Positions 40,566 to 50,749 of a stretch of 63,896 nt of DNA are shown here, piece by piece. The position numbers were made by a program, and so were the translations under genes. Each line of letters starts with the position of its first letter. The first letter of the stretch is position 1. A model generated the notes under the pieces. The model was given only the letters and a program-made list of their open reading frames with translations, had not been told where the DNA came from and did not search any database. This DNA comes from a virus (Duplodnaviria > Caudoviricetes), in the IMG/VR virus record IMGVR_UViG_3300044516_000384, positions 1-63,896 of that record. One strand, written 5' to 3'.

Positions 40566-41289
40566 CTGACACTACCTCGGCTTCAATAATCTCTGGGTCT
40601 TCTTGATACTGTTTGAGCAACTTCCCAATACCAGATCTGATGTTAGCCATGTCATCTACATTTCTTATGTTCTGTTTGACGACACCGAGCACTTGCATAA
40701 TAAGACTGTACGCCTGATCAACTTCAAGTGTATATGCTTTTGAATGCAACATACGTTGTTCTGCTTCGACAATATCTGTTCGCTTTTCAATCAACTCAAC
40801 AACTTCAGCACTTGCTTTATACATGTCAGTGCCATTGCGAATCATTGTTCCTACTTCTTTGAACAATTCGTCAAATGTTTCCTGATCCCCAGTTCGCTTT
40901 GCGCGTTCCATTTGGGAGTACATTGACTGTATTTCTTGATAGTGCTCATAACTAACTCCATGACTTGCTGCTTCTGCGCGAACATCCATTAATGCCGTGA
41001 TGTATGCAGCGTCATCTTTTAGACTGAATAAATCTGGATCATCACGCAACTCATCAATACGTAATAGTAGTTTTGGTGCTACTTGCGCAAATCTGCGCTT
41101 TTGTTTTGACCATAATCCAGATTTAAACAGTGGACTATCAGGTCCAATTAATGATGATCCACCATGGTGTTTGCAGTTATCTCTATCTTTAACTGCCATG
41201 TTCATACACTTTGTTCCATCTGATTTTATAGAACTACAAAGCTTTACAACTGATCCATTCTTAAACTTACGTACGTGTTCAGTTTCCAA
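40555..41289 (-). CDS. Putative terminase small subunit with HGGx Zn-binding N-terminus
   Basis: C..K..G..C.N.A......CKHHGGSS...FKSGL; immediately upstream of TerL. Confidence 0.65.
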   Translation of the reverse strand: METEHVRKFKNGSVVKLCSSIKSDGTKCMNMAVKDRDNCKHHGGSSLIGPDSPLFKSGLWSKQKRRFAQVAPKLLLRIDELRDDPDLFSLKDDAAYITALMDVRAEAASHGVSYEHYQEIQSMYSQMERAKRTGDQETFDELFKEVGTMIRNGTDMYKASAEVVELIEKRTDIVEAEQRMLHSKAYTLEVDQAYSLIMQVLGVVKQNIRNVDDMANIRSGIGKLLKQYQEDPEIIEAEVVSDEE

Positions 41290-42367
41290 AGTGTTGTACT
41301 ATTTTTCCTATCAAGCTTCCAAGGAGTGATGTCTTAGCACTAGTCACGTTTTGTCTAGTATTAGCAACTGCAGTTTTAACTGGCTGTAATACTTTATCAT
41401 CATTAGCTTTATACTTAGCTTGCAAGTCAGACATAAACTTCTGCTGTGCAGGACTCTCTCCCGGTGTAGAAGAAAGCATTTCAAGGATCCGACCAATGTC
41501 ACCATACTGTGGATCTAATTCGCCAGACCCACCACGACGTGCTTTAGATATTGGATAATTTGATTCAAATTTTGATGCACCGCCCATAAAATCAAATGCC
41601 TCATCGACTTTTTGTTTTGTTGCGCTATGTGCTTTAGTGCCAAACACAAGATCAAAATCTTTTAAAAAGTTAGAGCCAGTACGCGCAGCTTTAGCACCAA
41701 GATCTGTTCGTTGAACTGTTTGATCAATCAATGGTTCAACATGATGTTGAAATGCATGATCCTTATAAGTTTGTATACCTACTGGAACAGTTTGGCTTAA
41801 TGCGCCAGCTACATTTTTTTGCGCAGATTTACTCCATGATGCGGGGCCAACACCCTTACCTTTTGATGCAAGTGCTGCTAACGTATCAATACCTATATCC
41901 GTACCAATATTCAATCCATTCTTAAGTGCAATGGATAGTAGTTGATTATATGTATAGTCCTTTCCAGTTGAACCTTGATAATCATCAGACGGATCATCTG
42001 GAGTTTCATATCCTTCCTGATATCCGTATTCCATTTCTTTTGGATTAAACGCTTGATATGTTTGATGCGCATAATCTAACTGAGTTGGTAAATCATTTAT
42101 GACTCGACCTTTAAGTTGTGGTCTTACATCAGTAACTGCTTTTGCCGCTGTTCGTAATTTACTTGGAGGTTTTGCACGACGTTCCTTGAGTGCTGTTTTA
42201 CCTCCTGCTTTCGCAACCCTTTTATCTATTTGCCGGTTAACAACATTATATGCCGCATCACCAGCACCCTTTACTTGATTTGCAAGCTGCAAGTAACTTA
42301 GTAAATCCTCACCAATATTTAAACCACGCTGTACAGATGGCTTACTTTGCTGTTTTTCTTGTGGCAT
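41279..42367 (-). CDS. Hypothetical protein, probably virion-associated
   Basis: Long ORF; start taken at MPQEKQ after GGAG. Confidence 0.65.
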   Translation of the reverse strand: MPQEKQQSKPSVQRGLNIGEDLLSYLQLANQVKGAGDAAYNVVNRQIDKRVAKAGGKTALKERRAKPPSKLRTAAKAVTDVRPQLKGRVINDLPTQLDYAHQTYQAFNPKEMEYGYQEGYETPDDPSDDYQGSTGKDYTYNQLLSIALKNGLNIGTDIGIDTLAALASKGKGVGPASWSKSAQKNVAGALSQTVPVGIQTYKDHAFQHHVEPLIDQTVQRTDLGAKAARTGSNFLKDFDLVFGTKAHSATKQKVDEAFDFMGGASKFESNYPISKARRGGSGELDPQYGDIGRILEMLSSTPGESPAQQKFMSDLQAKYKANDDKVLQPVKTAVANTRQNVTSAKTSLLGSLIGKIVQHFGN

Positions 42368-45300
42368 TTTTTCCTCCAAATGCGTTACCCAACTTACCTG
42401 CAAATCCCTTTACTACTTGACCAGTCTGCACAACTAAACCTGCAACTCCACGTCCTCTGCGTGTATTCCGTATTAATTCACCTTGTGTTCTCTCTGCGCT
42501 TGCTGGCCTACGCGGTGGCTGTGGTGTAGCCGTAGGTGCTGGCGTAACCTGTACTGGTCTTGCAGGTGGTTGTGGTGCACGTCTTACCTGTGCTGTTGGA
42601 GGAGGAGTGCGTCGTGTTGCTGCAGCTTTACTTGCTGCAGATCCAGATGCAGTTTTCTTTAACTCTGGTATACGCTTAGCACTTTCCTCTGCTCGTTTTT
42701 GTTTTTCAGCTTCTTCCTGAGCGTTAGCCTCCATTGCCTTTTGAGACTGAACAATACGCTGTTTTACGCCATACTCAATAGTTACACCAAGTGCATCTGC
42801 CAATCGAACGAACTGAGCTTTGTTTTTAGCTGCAGATAATTTTGCTCGTATTTCTTTTGCTTCTTGTGGTGTACCAGCACGAAAAGTAACATTAGCACCT
42901 TTAAGTAAAGGTGTGTCAGCACTATATGCTTGCTTCTTAACTTCTACGGGTTCATTTTTCTTAGCCTCAGCTGCAGCTTCTCGTTCAGCTGCAAGCCTTG
43001 CTTCTGCTACTGCAGCAGCAGAAGCTACCTTATCAACTTTAATACCAGCCGCTTTTGCTCTTTGTAATTTCCTTCGTTGATCGGGACTCGTTTTATTACG
43101 AGCCTCAATCTCAACCATCTTTTTACTTTCTTCGGCGTCATCCATTTCAGCCTGTCTTTCAGGTGATATGGAAGATGCATATTTAATTGGAGGCATTTTA
43201 GAAGCAATAGACGGCTCAATTTTTGGCCATATACGTTCAAATGCTGCAGAAAATCTAGGATCGTTTAAACCTGTAAGTGTTTTATTTGCTGCATCATATC
43301 TAATGCCTAATGCATTCCATTTATCTTGTGGTCCACCCAAAGATCTTGCCATATCAGCATTTAATCTAGACGCTGCATTTAATACGTTAGCTGGAACTCC
43401 GGGTGCCCATTCTTTTACAAGTCGATAATATTCTGCAGTATCATTTTTTGCTTGAGATATTACCCATGCAGCTGTAATGACCTTTTGTAATTTATAGTAA
43501 CTTAATTTTTGATCAATAATCCATTGAGCTTTAGGATCTAACTCACCAACAACAGGTGTCTTTTTAATACCCTGAACAGCTTCTCTTGCTTCATCAGCTA
43601 ACTGTGCTTCCGATATAGGAGCTTTAGAAGGAATCAAGTAATCAGGAACTTCAACGGTTAATGTCTCTGGATTAATTTTAATTCCACGTTTAATCATGCC
43701 GTTTAATTCATCACGTAAAACCTCACGGAACTGAATGCCCGGATTAGAAGACGCACCAACCTCTTTAAGTTTTTTAAGGATCAATTCAACTTTTGGCTTA
43801 GACACTGGGTCAAGTTGATTTATAAAAGCAGTTGTTAATGCTGTATTAACTGGATTAGTTAGCCCTTCAATCGTCTTTGCTGTTGCTTCACCTGCTCGTT
43901 GACGAGCAATCTGTAAGTCCTCACCACGTCCTTTACCCGGAGATATTAATATTTGTCCATCCGAAACAACACGTGTTGGTACTAAGTCAGAGTTCTGCTC
44001 CCAATACATCCTAGCTGGACCAGACAACGTATCAGCATATTGCGAACGTATTGTTCCAATACCACCAGCGTTATACTCTCCACTCTTAATATCATTTGCT
44101 AGTCTACTTGCAGATTGTAAAAACTCAGCACGTATATATTCTGGAATTTTACTTGCTTCAGACTGAATGACATCTTGAACTTTTTTAGCAGCTTGCTCAG
44201 GTGTGTCGTCAGGACTAGCATTACGGTCAATAGTCTGACTAATAGTAAGTAGTGACCGCGTTGCCGTAGATACATCTTCGCTAACTTGCGTACCTATACT
44301 GTTGCGGTTAATCTTCTCTACAACTCGATCGTCTATGCTTCTGCTTTTCCCACGAGTACTTGTTGCATTGTAAGAACTTGATGCACGTAAGTCTCCAGTA
44401 ATGCCACCTTGTCTATCAATGTCAGTAACAAGTGCAAGAAGTCTATTACCTTGATCTCTGTTCATGGAACCAAGAAAACCCACAAACTGTGTGTCAGATA
44501 ATCCAGCTGCAGTCTCTTTTGTAAGTCCGCCACCAATCAAGTTTGCAACATACTTACGCCTATCTTCAAAGTTTGGAGCACCTTCTTGTAATCCACTTCG
44601 GATAAGAGAATGCATTTGTCGCGCTTGCTTAGCAATGTAATCACCAGACATGCCATATCGCGAACCAGATAATCCACCAGCAATTGCAGAACTTGTACGT
44701 GATGTAAAACCATACCGCTCTCGCTCATTTCGCGGAACAACAACTGTCTGTGTTAATGGAGACCCGTTTTTATCTAATGCTGGTACGTATGTCTTTTTGC
44801 CAGAGTCGTCAACCTTTTCCCGATAAACAGGTATGACCGCTTCACCATTGGCACTTATATTTACACGAACAGACGGAGCGTCTTCAATATACTCACCATA
44901 AGCATTAACTGGATTAATACTTACTCCAGTTCGCGCTTCCGATAATGTAGGTGTAGCACGAGAAACTTGAGCATCTTCTAAATTAACACCGCTAAAGTAA
45001 TTGGCTGCATTGATACCTCGCTTGTTAATCCAAGCATCAACAATATCAAAGCCTTGAGCAAGTCTTTGTTTTCCAGTTACTTCTTTTGGTCTAGTGAAAT
45101 CTGCGTCATTGCTTGTTCCTAATCTTTCAAAGAACGGAGATGTGCTGCGTCCTGCATTAGATGAATTACTTCTGTCTAGCATTTCTGACGAATCGTCTAA
45201 CTTGTCCGTTAAAAATGTTTTAAATTCATTTAGGTTTTGATATTCGGTATCACCTTTACCTAATCCTGTAAGTCGTTCATCAATTTTAGAAATCATTCCA

Positions 45301-47276
45301 CGCATAGCATTCATGGTTTGATCGTGTAACTTATCACCATAAGCAACGCCATCTTCGTCTTGTGTTACACGTAATAACTGATCTAAGTCTTCCATAGCTA
45401 CTGCTGGATCAAAGTTTTTGATAGAAATATCTTTGTTGACATCTCGTTTGCCAAACAGTGTCGTTGTAGTATCAATGCCAAAGTTTCTACCTACGCCAAG
45501 AAGGATACTATCTGGATCTGCGGTATACGTCATGTCTCTCTTTTTGTCTTTAGTGAGAGCAGTTTGCATATTACTGATATTGGATTCCACAGCAGTTCTA
45601 CGCGATGTCGTATCACCAATACCTCTCGCAGCAACTTCTTCAGCTGTATCAATTCCAAATGCGTTTGGTGTAGAACCATATACTTCAATGTCAACACCGG
45701 GAAAGAAAATACGCTTCTGCACCTTGTTCATGTATGGTGCTAACTCAGTGGCTGCTTGATCGTCTTGACCATTCTTTAAAAGAATCATTGCTCTGTCAGC
45801 AGCAGCAGCAAACTCAGTTTCTTTACCACGGAAATCAAAGGAGGATATATTTTGTAATTCCTTATTGATTCCAAACATGTCTGTAATTTGCTTTAGTGCA
45901 GAATCATCTGCAGTTGCCATCCCAGCTAGTTGTTTGGCTAGTTCTTTGTCGACACCTTTACTGCCCTGAAAAGCAGCAGTAATGCGTCTAGTAATATAAG
46001 TATTGAACGGATTGTCTACAGCGACATTAACACGATTAGAAACATCAGATTCAGATTTAAATCCGCCAAGTAACTGACGTAACAATGCAGCTTGTTTCTG
46101 CACACCAGTTCTTGTACCACGTCCAGAATCAGGCCCTTCGCCAGTGTAGACGTCTTTTGTGGCCAATGTGTCAAGTTTTACCAACTCGTTACTTAACCAC
46201 TTACCAGCGATTTGTCTTGCTGCAGTACCAAATGTTTTATTAAGTTCAACTTTATTTAGTTCTGTTTTCTCAGCTGATGAAGCAAAGAACTTTTTATAAA
46301 TAGGGTTATTTCCAAGAGCATCAAAAATAACTCCTCCACGATCAGGCTTAGCTGTAGGTAAGCTTGCTCCAGAAAGTTGCATGTGAGCAGAGCTAAAAAC
46401 TGCAGGGTCATCTGTATCGCCATTCAAATATCCAGACATACCAATGATTGCCTGAATAGCAGAATCTTTCTGTCCTTGCTTTGAGCGTGGATTACTAACA
46501 ATAGATCTAGCAACTCTTACAGCATCACTAAAGATATCTTGTTTATTAACTTGCCCTGCAACACCACTAAGTGGATCCATGCCTTCTGCTAGTACACCAC
46601 CAGCAGTTCTAGGTTGTGGTCCCGCTAAGGCGTCTTTAGCCAGCTTAGATGATTGTTCACCTCCCGGTAAATCCGGTAAATCTTTAAGTACAGAACCTGC
46701 GGATCTTCCAGTTTGCAACAACATCTTGAAGTTGCTTGCTAGTTGCTTTGATCTTTTACTATCTAGTAATTCAGGTACATCAATAATGTCTTGTGGTTTA
46801 TATCTAAGTTCTGGATAAGTAACACTTCTTGCTTCACGGTCCATTACTGGACTTGATGTAATAGGTGTGTTTAATTCAGCTGTACCCGTATTAGGTAATG
46901 CCTCACGTCCTCTTTGCTCAATATCTGCAGCTAACTGAGCATTGCCTAAATTAACTCGTTCGCTTGCTTTTGCGCCGGGAGCACTTAAGATTGTTTCTAA
47001 TTTTTCTCGCGCAACATCTTCTGTTGATTTTGGCGGTGGAGCTGAAACACGCTTTTTAACTGTTACGCCAGATGGTGGTGCAGTAGGTGTAGGAGTAGTT
47101 ACTGGTGGTTGTGGCATTACACCAGCCGGAGGTTGAGGGCCTCCAGCTGGTGCTGGCATGGGTGCGCCAGTGGGGGCAGGTTGTCCTCCCATAGAACCCG
47201 GTACAGGAGGAGTTACTGCTGCCTTCTTTGTCGGGTCTTCATTATCTGGAATTAACAATGATCTAAGGGAGGCCAT
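42342..47276 (-). CDS. 1644-aa unknown protein with Pro-rich termini
   Basis: Long ORF, no recognisable catalytic motif. Confidence 0.8.
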   Translation of the reverse strand: MASLRSLLIPDNEDPTKKAAVTPPVPGSMGGQPAPTGAPMPAPAGGPQPPAGVMPQPPVTTPTPTAPPSGVTVKKRVSAPPPKSTEDVAREKLETILSAPGAKASERVNLGNAQLAADIEQRGREALPNTGTAELNTPITSSPVMDREARSVTYPELRYKPQDIIDVPELLDSKRSKQLASNFKMLLQTGRSAGSVLKDLPDLPGGEQSSKLAKDALAGPQPRTAGGVLAEGMDPLSGVAGQVNKQDIFSDAVRVARSIVSNPRSKQGQKDSAIQAIIGMSGYLNGDTDDPAVFSSAHMQLSGASLPTAKPDRGGVIFDALGNNPIYKKFFASSAEKTELNKVELNKTFGTAARQIAGKWLSNELVKLDTLATKDVYTGEGPDSGRGTRTGVQKQAALLRQLLGGFKSESDVSNRVNVAVDNPFNTYITRRITAAFQGSKGVDKELAKQLAGMATADDSALKQITDMFGINKELQNISSFDFRGKETEFAAAADRAMILLKNGQDDQAATELAPYMNKVQKRIFFPGVDIEVYGSTPNAFGIDTAEEVAARGIGDTTSRRTAVESNISNMQTALTKDKKRDMTYTADPDSILLGVGRNFGIDTTTTLFGKRDVNKDISIKNFDPAVAMEDLDQLLRVTQDEDGVAYGDKLHDQTMNAMRGMISKIDERLTGLGKGDTEYQNLNEFKTFLTDKLDDSSEMLDRSNSSNAGRSTSPFFERLGTSNDADFTRPKEVTGKQRLAQGFDIVDAWINKRGINAANYFSGVNLEDAQVSRATPTLSEARTGVSINPVNAYGEYIEDAPSVRVNISANGEAVIPVYREKVDDSGKKTYVPALDKNGSPLTQTVVVPRNERERYGFTSRTSSAIAGGLSGSRYGMSGDYIAKQARQMHSLIRSGLQEGAPNFEDRRKYVANLIGGGLTKETAAGLSDTQFVGFLGSMNRDQGNRLLALVTDIDRQGGITGDLRASSSYNATSTRGKSRSIDDRVVEKINRNSIGTQVSEDVSTATRSLLTISQTIDRNASPDDTPEQAAKKVQDVIQSEASKIPEYIRAEFLQSASRLANDIKSGEYNAGGIGTIRSQYADTLSGPARMYWEQNSDLVPTRVVSDGQILISPGKGRGEDLQIARQRAGEATAKTIEGLTNPVNTALTTAFINQLDPVSKPKVELILKKLKEVGASSNPGIQFREVLRDELNGMIKRGIKINPETLTVEVPDYLIPSKAPISEAQLADEAREAVQGIKKTPVVGELDPKAQWIIDQKLSYYKLQKVITAAWVISQAKNDTAEYYRLVKEWAPGVPANVLNAASRLNADMARSLGGPQDKWNALGIRYDAANKTLTGLNDPRFSAAFERIWPKIEPSIASKMPPIKYASSISPERQAEMDDAEESKKMVEIEARNKTSPDQRRKLQRAKAAGIKVDKVASAAAVAEARLAAEREAAAEAKKNEPVEVKKQAYSADTPLLKGANVTFRAGTPQEAKEIRAKLSAAKNKAQFVRLADALGVTIEYGVKQRIVQSQKAMEANAQEEAEKQKRAEESAKRIPELKKTASGSAASKAAATRRTPPPTAQVRRAPQPPARPVQVTPAPTATPQPPRRPASAERTQGELIRNTRRGRGVAGLVVQTGQVVKGFAGKLGNAFGGKNATRKTAK

Positions 47277-47281
47277 ATTAC

Positions 47282-48205
47282 TTACTTGCCTTTCATCATA
47301 ATCTTACGCAGATTACTACTTGCATACATATTGTCGCGGACACCGGGTCTAGTGTTAGTTGGCTGTGCAACATTCTGCCCAGATGATCTCATACCAGATG
47401 GAGTAAATGTACGTCCATCAGCCTTACCTTTATTATATGCTGCAACTTCATCACCACGCTTGCTTGCACGTCCAGCCATTGCACCAACAGCACCAGCTGC
47501 TGCAATAGCTGCGCCAACTGCACCACGACTACGGCGACCGCCAGTAGATGAACCACCACCACCACCGCTACCACCACTACTTGTAGATGGGCGACGCGGC
47601 GGAGTAGAACCAGATCCACCACCAGAAGACTGCTGCGTTGTCGGAGTTCTAGGAGGCGGCTTAACTTGTGTGCGTCCACGAGAATCTTTTTGATCCATCG
47701 TAGCGCCGGTAGGTTTACGCGCATCTAGTTGACTTCTCATCTTGGCAGCTTGATTAGCTAATCTTTTTGTGTTTTCTGTTGCTGAAAGACGGCTACTACG
47801 AGGGCCTTGCATAGCAGTAGCACGTCTTTTATCAGCAGTTAATTGCGTTTTAAATTCAGAACTAACGACTGAGTTTGGGGTACCTTCGTTATAAGCTTTT
47901 GACAAACCTTCAGCTTGACCTGCACGTAGACGATTTTTTGCACCCTCGTCAGACATTGCTCTACTATTTCTAGTAGTGATCGTGTCTTTACCAAAACCGT
48001 AACGTCTATCTCTTTCACCAAATTCAATGCGTCTAAATGCACCTTCTGCTGGTTTTACATAACGTGGATTTTGAGAGCCTTTATAATCGACAGTTTTAGC
48101 TGTGATTTCTGTTGGCTTTGCCATTGGTTTGTTAGAACCTTTAGGCGGTGGTGCTGCTGCTTTTTTACTCTTATTGGGATCCTGTGGCATTGTACTTTCC
48201 TCCAT
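47282..48205 (-). CDS. Basic low-complexity (Arg/Gly/Ser-rich) protein
   Basis: 307-aa ORF, same strand as the operon. Confidence 0.7.
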   Translation of the reverse strand: MEESTMPQDPNKSKKAAAPPPKGSNKPMAKPTEITAKTVDYKGSQNPRYVKPAEGAFRRIEFGERDRRYGFGKDTITTRNSRAMSDEGAKNRLRAGQAEGLSKAYNEGTPNSVVSSEFKTQLTADKRRATAMQGPRSSRLSATENTKRLANQAAKMRSQLDARKPTGATMDQKDSRGRTQVKPPPRTPTTQQSSGGGSGSTPPRRPSTSSGGSGGGGGSSTGGRRSRGAVGAAIAAAGAVGAMAGRASKRGDEVAAYNKGKADGRTFTPSGMRSSGQNVAQPTNTRPGVRDNMYASSNLRKIMMKGK

Positions 48206-48224
48206 GACTGGTCTTTAACCAGAT

Positions 48225-48716
48225 TTATTTGCCGTTATCTTTACTGGCAAATAAAGCCTTAGTAAAATCAGATGCAACTCCACCAAGGGTGATTAATGCA
48301 CCTAGTGCACCACGTGACTTACGTGGTTTACTTTCATAAATACGTGGTGCATGATCGTAATCATCGCCACTATACCCACGTCTATGATTTGTAAGAGTTG
48401 TATGCAAGCGTTGCTTATAGAAGTAGTCACTCTCATTTTCTTTAGCAGAAGGGACTTCTAATCCAGCTTGTTTCCACTTTTGCTTAGCTGCATCAAGTTC
48501 AATGTTTGTACCACCACGCGGACGTCCTGCTGGAGGATCAGGAGTTGTTTTAGCTGGTGGTGGTGTTTTACTGTTGACAAGTTGTTGCCTTAACGAGTTA
48601 GTCACACGCGTTTTATAAACATCAGCTGATTCACCATTCTGACGTGCAGGTGGTGTCATTCCGCGATCTGTATATTTCTTGCGAGTTAACGCTGTTAACT
48701 TGTCAAAGTCGTCCAT
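48225..48716 (-). CDS. Hypothetical basic protein with an internal two-fold repeat
   Basis: G...P.....ES...YK.R....L occurs twice. Confidence 0.7.
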   Translation of the reverse strand: MDDFDKLTALTRKKYTDRGMTPPARQNGESADVYKTRVTNSLRQQLVNSKTPPPAKTTPDPPAGRPRGGTNIELDAAKQKWKQAGLEVPSAKENESDYFYKQRLHTTLTNHRRGYSGDDYDHAPRIYESKPRKSRGALGALITLGGVASDFTKALFASKDNGK

Positions 48717-48718
48717 GT

Positions 48719-48895
48719 CTATTTACACTTGCATGGAGACTGGCCACAAGAACACTTCTTGCCCTTGCCGTATTCAGCTTTTTCGTGCTTCATCATAGCC
48801 TTTGGGGACATACCCTTTTTGCTATATTCCTTTGCTTCCATCTTCTGTGTAGACTTCTTCATGCCCATCATTTGGGCCATGGATGCTTTTCTCAT
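48719..48895 (-). CDS. Small Lys/Met-rich protein with C-terminal CSCGQSPCKC, 58 aa, not in the ORF track
   Basis: ATGA overlap with the upstream gene; fills the gap. Confidence 0.7.
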   Translation of the reverse strand: MRKASMAQMMGMKKSTQKMEAKEYSKKGMSPKAMMKHEKAEYGKGKKCSCGQSPCKCK

Positions 48896-49143
48896 TTACA
48901 GTTCCACGCTCTCAAGGATTTATTGATTCTACTATTAGGATCATTCGCTGTCTTAGCTGATGTCAGTTTCTTTTTCATACCACCCATGCGAGCACAAAAA
49001 GAGGCTTTACGCCCAGCATCAGATTTAGTAGCAGGATTAGGAGCAGGTGGTTTAAGATTAGCTCCTGTTGTACGTTTAAAGTGCGCACGACCAGCAGCAT
49101 TTAATCCGCCAGATGGATCTTGATATCTTTTAGTTACACCCAT
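48892..49143 (-). CDS. Small basic conserved phage protein (DUF6321-like)
   Basis: GGLNAAGR...G.NLK.P...RKASFCARM...SR....LR.W.C. Confidence 0.7.
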   Translation of the reverse strand: MGVTKRYQDPSGGLNAAGRAHFKRTTGANLKPPAPNPATKSDAGRKASFCARMGGMKKKLTSAKTANDPNSRINKSLRAWNCK

Positions 49144-49170
49144 TTTATTTCACCTGTGGTCATTATACAT

Positions 49171-49198
49171 AAAAAAAGACCCGCTATATGCGGGTCTT
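49171..49198 (-). terminator. Intrinsic terminator after ssb
   Basis: AAGACCCGC-ATATA-GCGGGTCTTTTTTT on the - strand. Confidence 0.8.
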
Positions 49199-49202
49199 CA
49201 TT

Positions 49203-49589
49203 CTAAGCAAAAGGATCATCAATGTCATCTATTTTCAGTGCACCTGCTGGCTTTGGATTAGGTGGAGCGCCATCAGATTCCTTACGTGAATCTAGTAGTT
49301 GCCAGTTATCAATCATGATTTTTACTGACTGTTGCTTCACGCCTTCCTTGTTAGTGTATTGGTCAAGTTGAATCTTTCCAACAATACCAATGAGGCGACC
49401 CTTTTGTGCATATTCTGCAAGAGCGTCTGCCTGTTGACCAAATGCAGTACAGCTAAAGAAGTCTGTTTCCTTTTCTCTGCCCTTACGGTCAACTGCAACA
49501 CGAATGCTACATATTGCTTTACCCATCTGGGTCTGGCGTGTTTCTGGATCTGCCACAAGCCGACCAACAATAGTGCACTGATTAATCAT
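49203..49589 (-). CDS. ssb: Single-stranded DNA-binding protein
   Basis: MINQ..IVGRL.ADPE OB-fold start; acidic DDIDDPFA tail. Confidence 0.95.
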   Translation of the reverse strand: MINQCTIVGRLVADPETRQTQMGKAICSIRVAVDRKGREKETDFFSCTAFGQQADALAEYAQKGRLIGIVGKIQLDQYTNKEGVKQQSVKIMIDNWQLLDSRKESDGAPPNPKPAGALKIDDIDDPFA

Positions 49590-50238
49590 TTAACTGCTTA
49601 TCCTTCTCAATCCAATACTCTTCAAAGGCTGCCGTAGTGACAGGCAACACCTTACGTAATACATTCCAACAATCCATGGCAACATCCCAATGCTCTGACT
49701 GCGTATGCGAGCTTAACCTCACTCGGCAGTAATGCATCCAGTCACGCACAGTTCCCTTCATATACAGCCTTGTGCCAACGCACATAGGCAATACCATGCG
49801 AGCCGACTCTAGTGCTACACCGCTTTTTACTAGATCATCATAAGCACGTATAGCCACAAGAATAGGAGCAAGAGCCTTATTGTCCATTTCAAGTTGTGTT
49901 TCTTTATCTTCAAATAAGACGCTACCTTGTCTGTTAGTGCTTCCTTTTTTACGCATAGATGGAAGATCTAATTCAATCTTGCTAGGGTTTGCGTATCTCT
50001 GGCTAAACTCTTGGAAATGAAAGCTTCTATGTCGCAACATCTGTGCTGAAATAGCCCTAGATGTATAGATCTCCATCACAACATCAACCATTTCAAATAC
50101 AGACCAGTGTCCCTCCTTCATACAGTAGCGTAATAGCTTCTTGTACTCAGGATTGTCTTCATTACTAGATGAAACACGGGCTAAATGAACCATAAACTCT
50201 TCGGCATCTGGCTGAATATACTTTAAAGTCGCTGCCAT
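49582..50238 (-). CDS. thyX: FAD-dependent thymidylate synthase
   Basis: GHWSVFE and RHRSFHFQEFSQRY ThyX signature; E.ARMVLP. Confidence 0.95.
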   Translation of the reverse strand: MAATLKYIQPDAEEFMVHLARVSSSNEDNPEYKKLLRYCMKEGHWSVFEMVDVVMEIYTSRAISAQMLRHRSFHFQEFSQRYANPSKIELDLPSMRKKGSTNRQGSVLFEDKETQLEMDNKALAPILVAIRAYDDLVKSGVALESARMVLPMCVGTRLYMKGTVRDWMHYCRVRLSSHTQSEHWDVAMDCWNVLRKVLPVTTAAFEEYWIEKDKQLND

Positions 50239-50564
50239 TATTCGGAGATACCCATCTCTCTGTTGACCCACATTTCAACGTCATCAATAAAATGATCTAT
50301 AAACAATGGAGCTATCTCTTCTTGGTCATGCATAAGGACTTTACTAATACGCATAGTCTTTCCATTTACTCCATCCATGTTTAATTCAATGATATATCCA
50401 GCTTCACCTAACTTAACGTATGAATTAAAGCAGACTTTTCTATCATTTACAGTAGCAATCAATACATCCCAGTTAACTGGATTACGGTTTTCTCTTGCAG
50501 TATCTACTGACTTAGAGATAAACGACACTAACAATTTGTGTAACGACGACTTTTTTACAACCAT
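50238..50564 (-). CDS. Hypothetical protein
   Basis: Start moved to MVVKK after GAGGAG; the longer call overlaps tRNA-Arg. Confidence 0.6.
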   Translation of the reverse strand: MVVKKSSLHKLLVSFISKSVDTARENRNPVNWDVLIATVNDRKVCFNSYVKLGEAGYIIELNMDGVNGKTMRISKVLMHDQEEIAPLFIDHFIDDVEMWVNREMGISE

Positions 50565-50584
50565 CTTTTTCTCCTCTAACCTAA

Positions 50585-50657
50585 TGTCTACGACAGGACT
50601 TGAACCTGTGGCCAATTGCTTAGAAGGCAATTGCTCTATCCACTGAGCTACGCAGAC
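50585..50657 (-). tRNA. tRNA-Arg(UCU), no encoded CCA
   Basis: Cloverleaf GTCTGCG...ATTGC-CTTCTAA-GCAAT...ACAGG-TTCAAGT-CCTGT-CGTAGAC-A. Confidence 0.92.
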
Positions 50658-50660
50658 AGA

Positions 50661-50741
50661 TGCTCCAGACGGGACTCGAACCCGTACACCTTGCGGTAAC
50701 AGATTTTAAGTCTGTCGTGTCTACCATTTCACCACCGGAGC
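50661..50741 (-). tRNA. tRNA-Leu(UAA), long variable arm, no encoded CCA
   Basis: GCTCCGG...ACAGA-CTTAAAA-TCTGT...ACGGG-TTCGAGT-CCCGT-CTGGAGC-A. Confidence 0.92.
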
Positions 50742-50749
50742 AGTGAGTT

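Noticed and set aside
7236-49637. Many + strand ORFs inside - strand genes (e.g. 26483-27103, 27621-28172, 48644-49123)
   Set aside because: They are antisense shadows of real genes, without RBS or family motifs.
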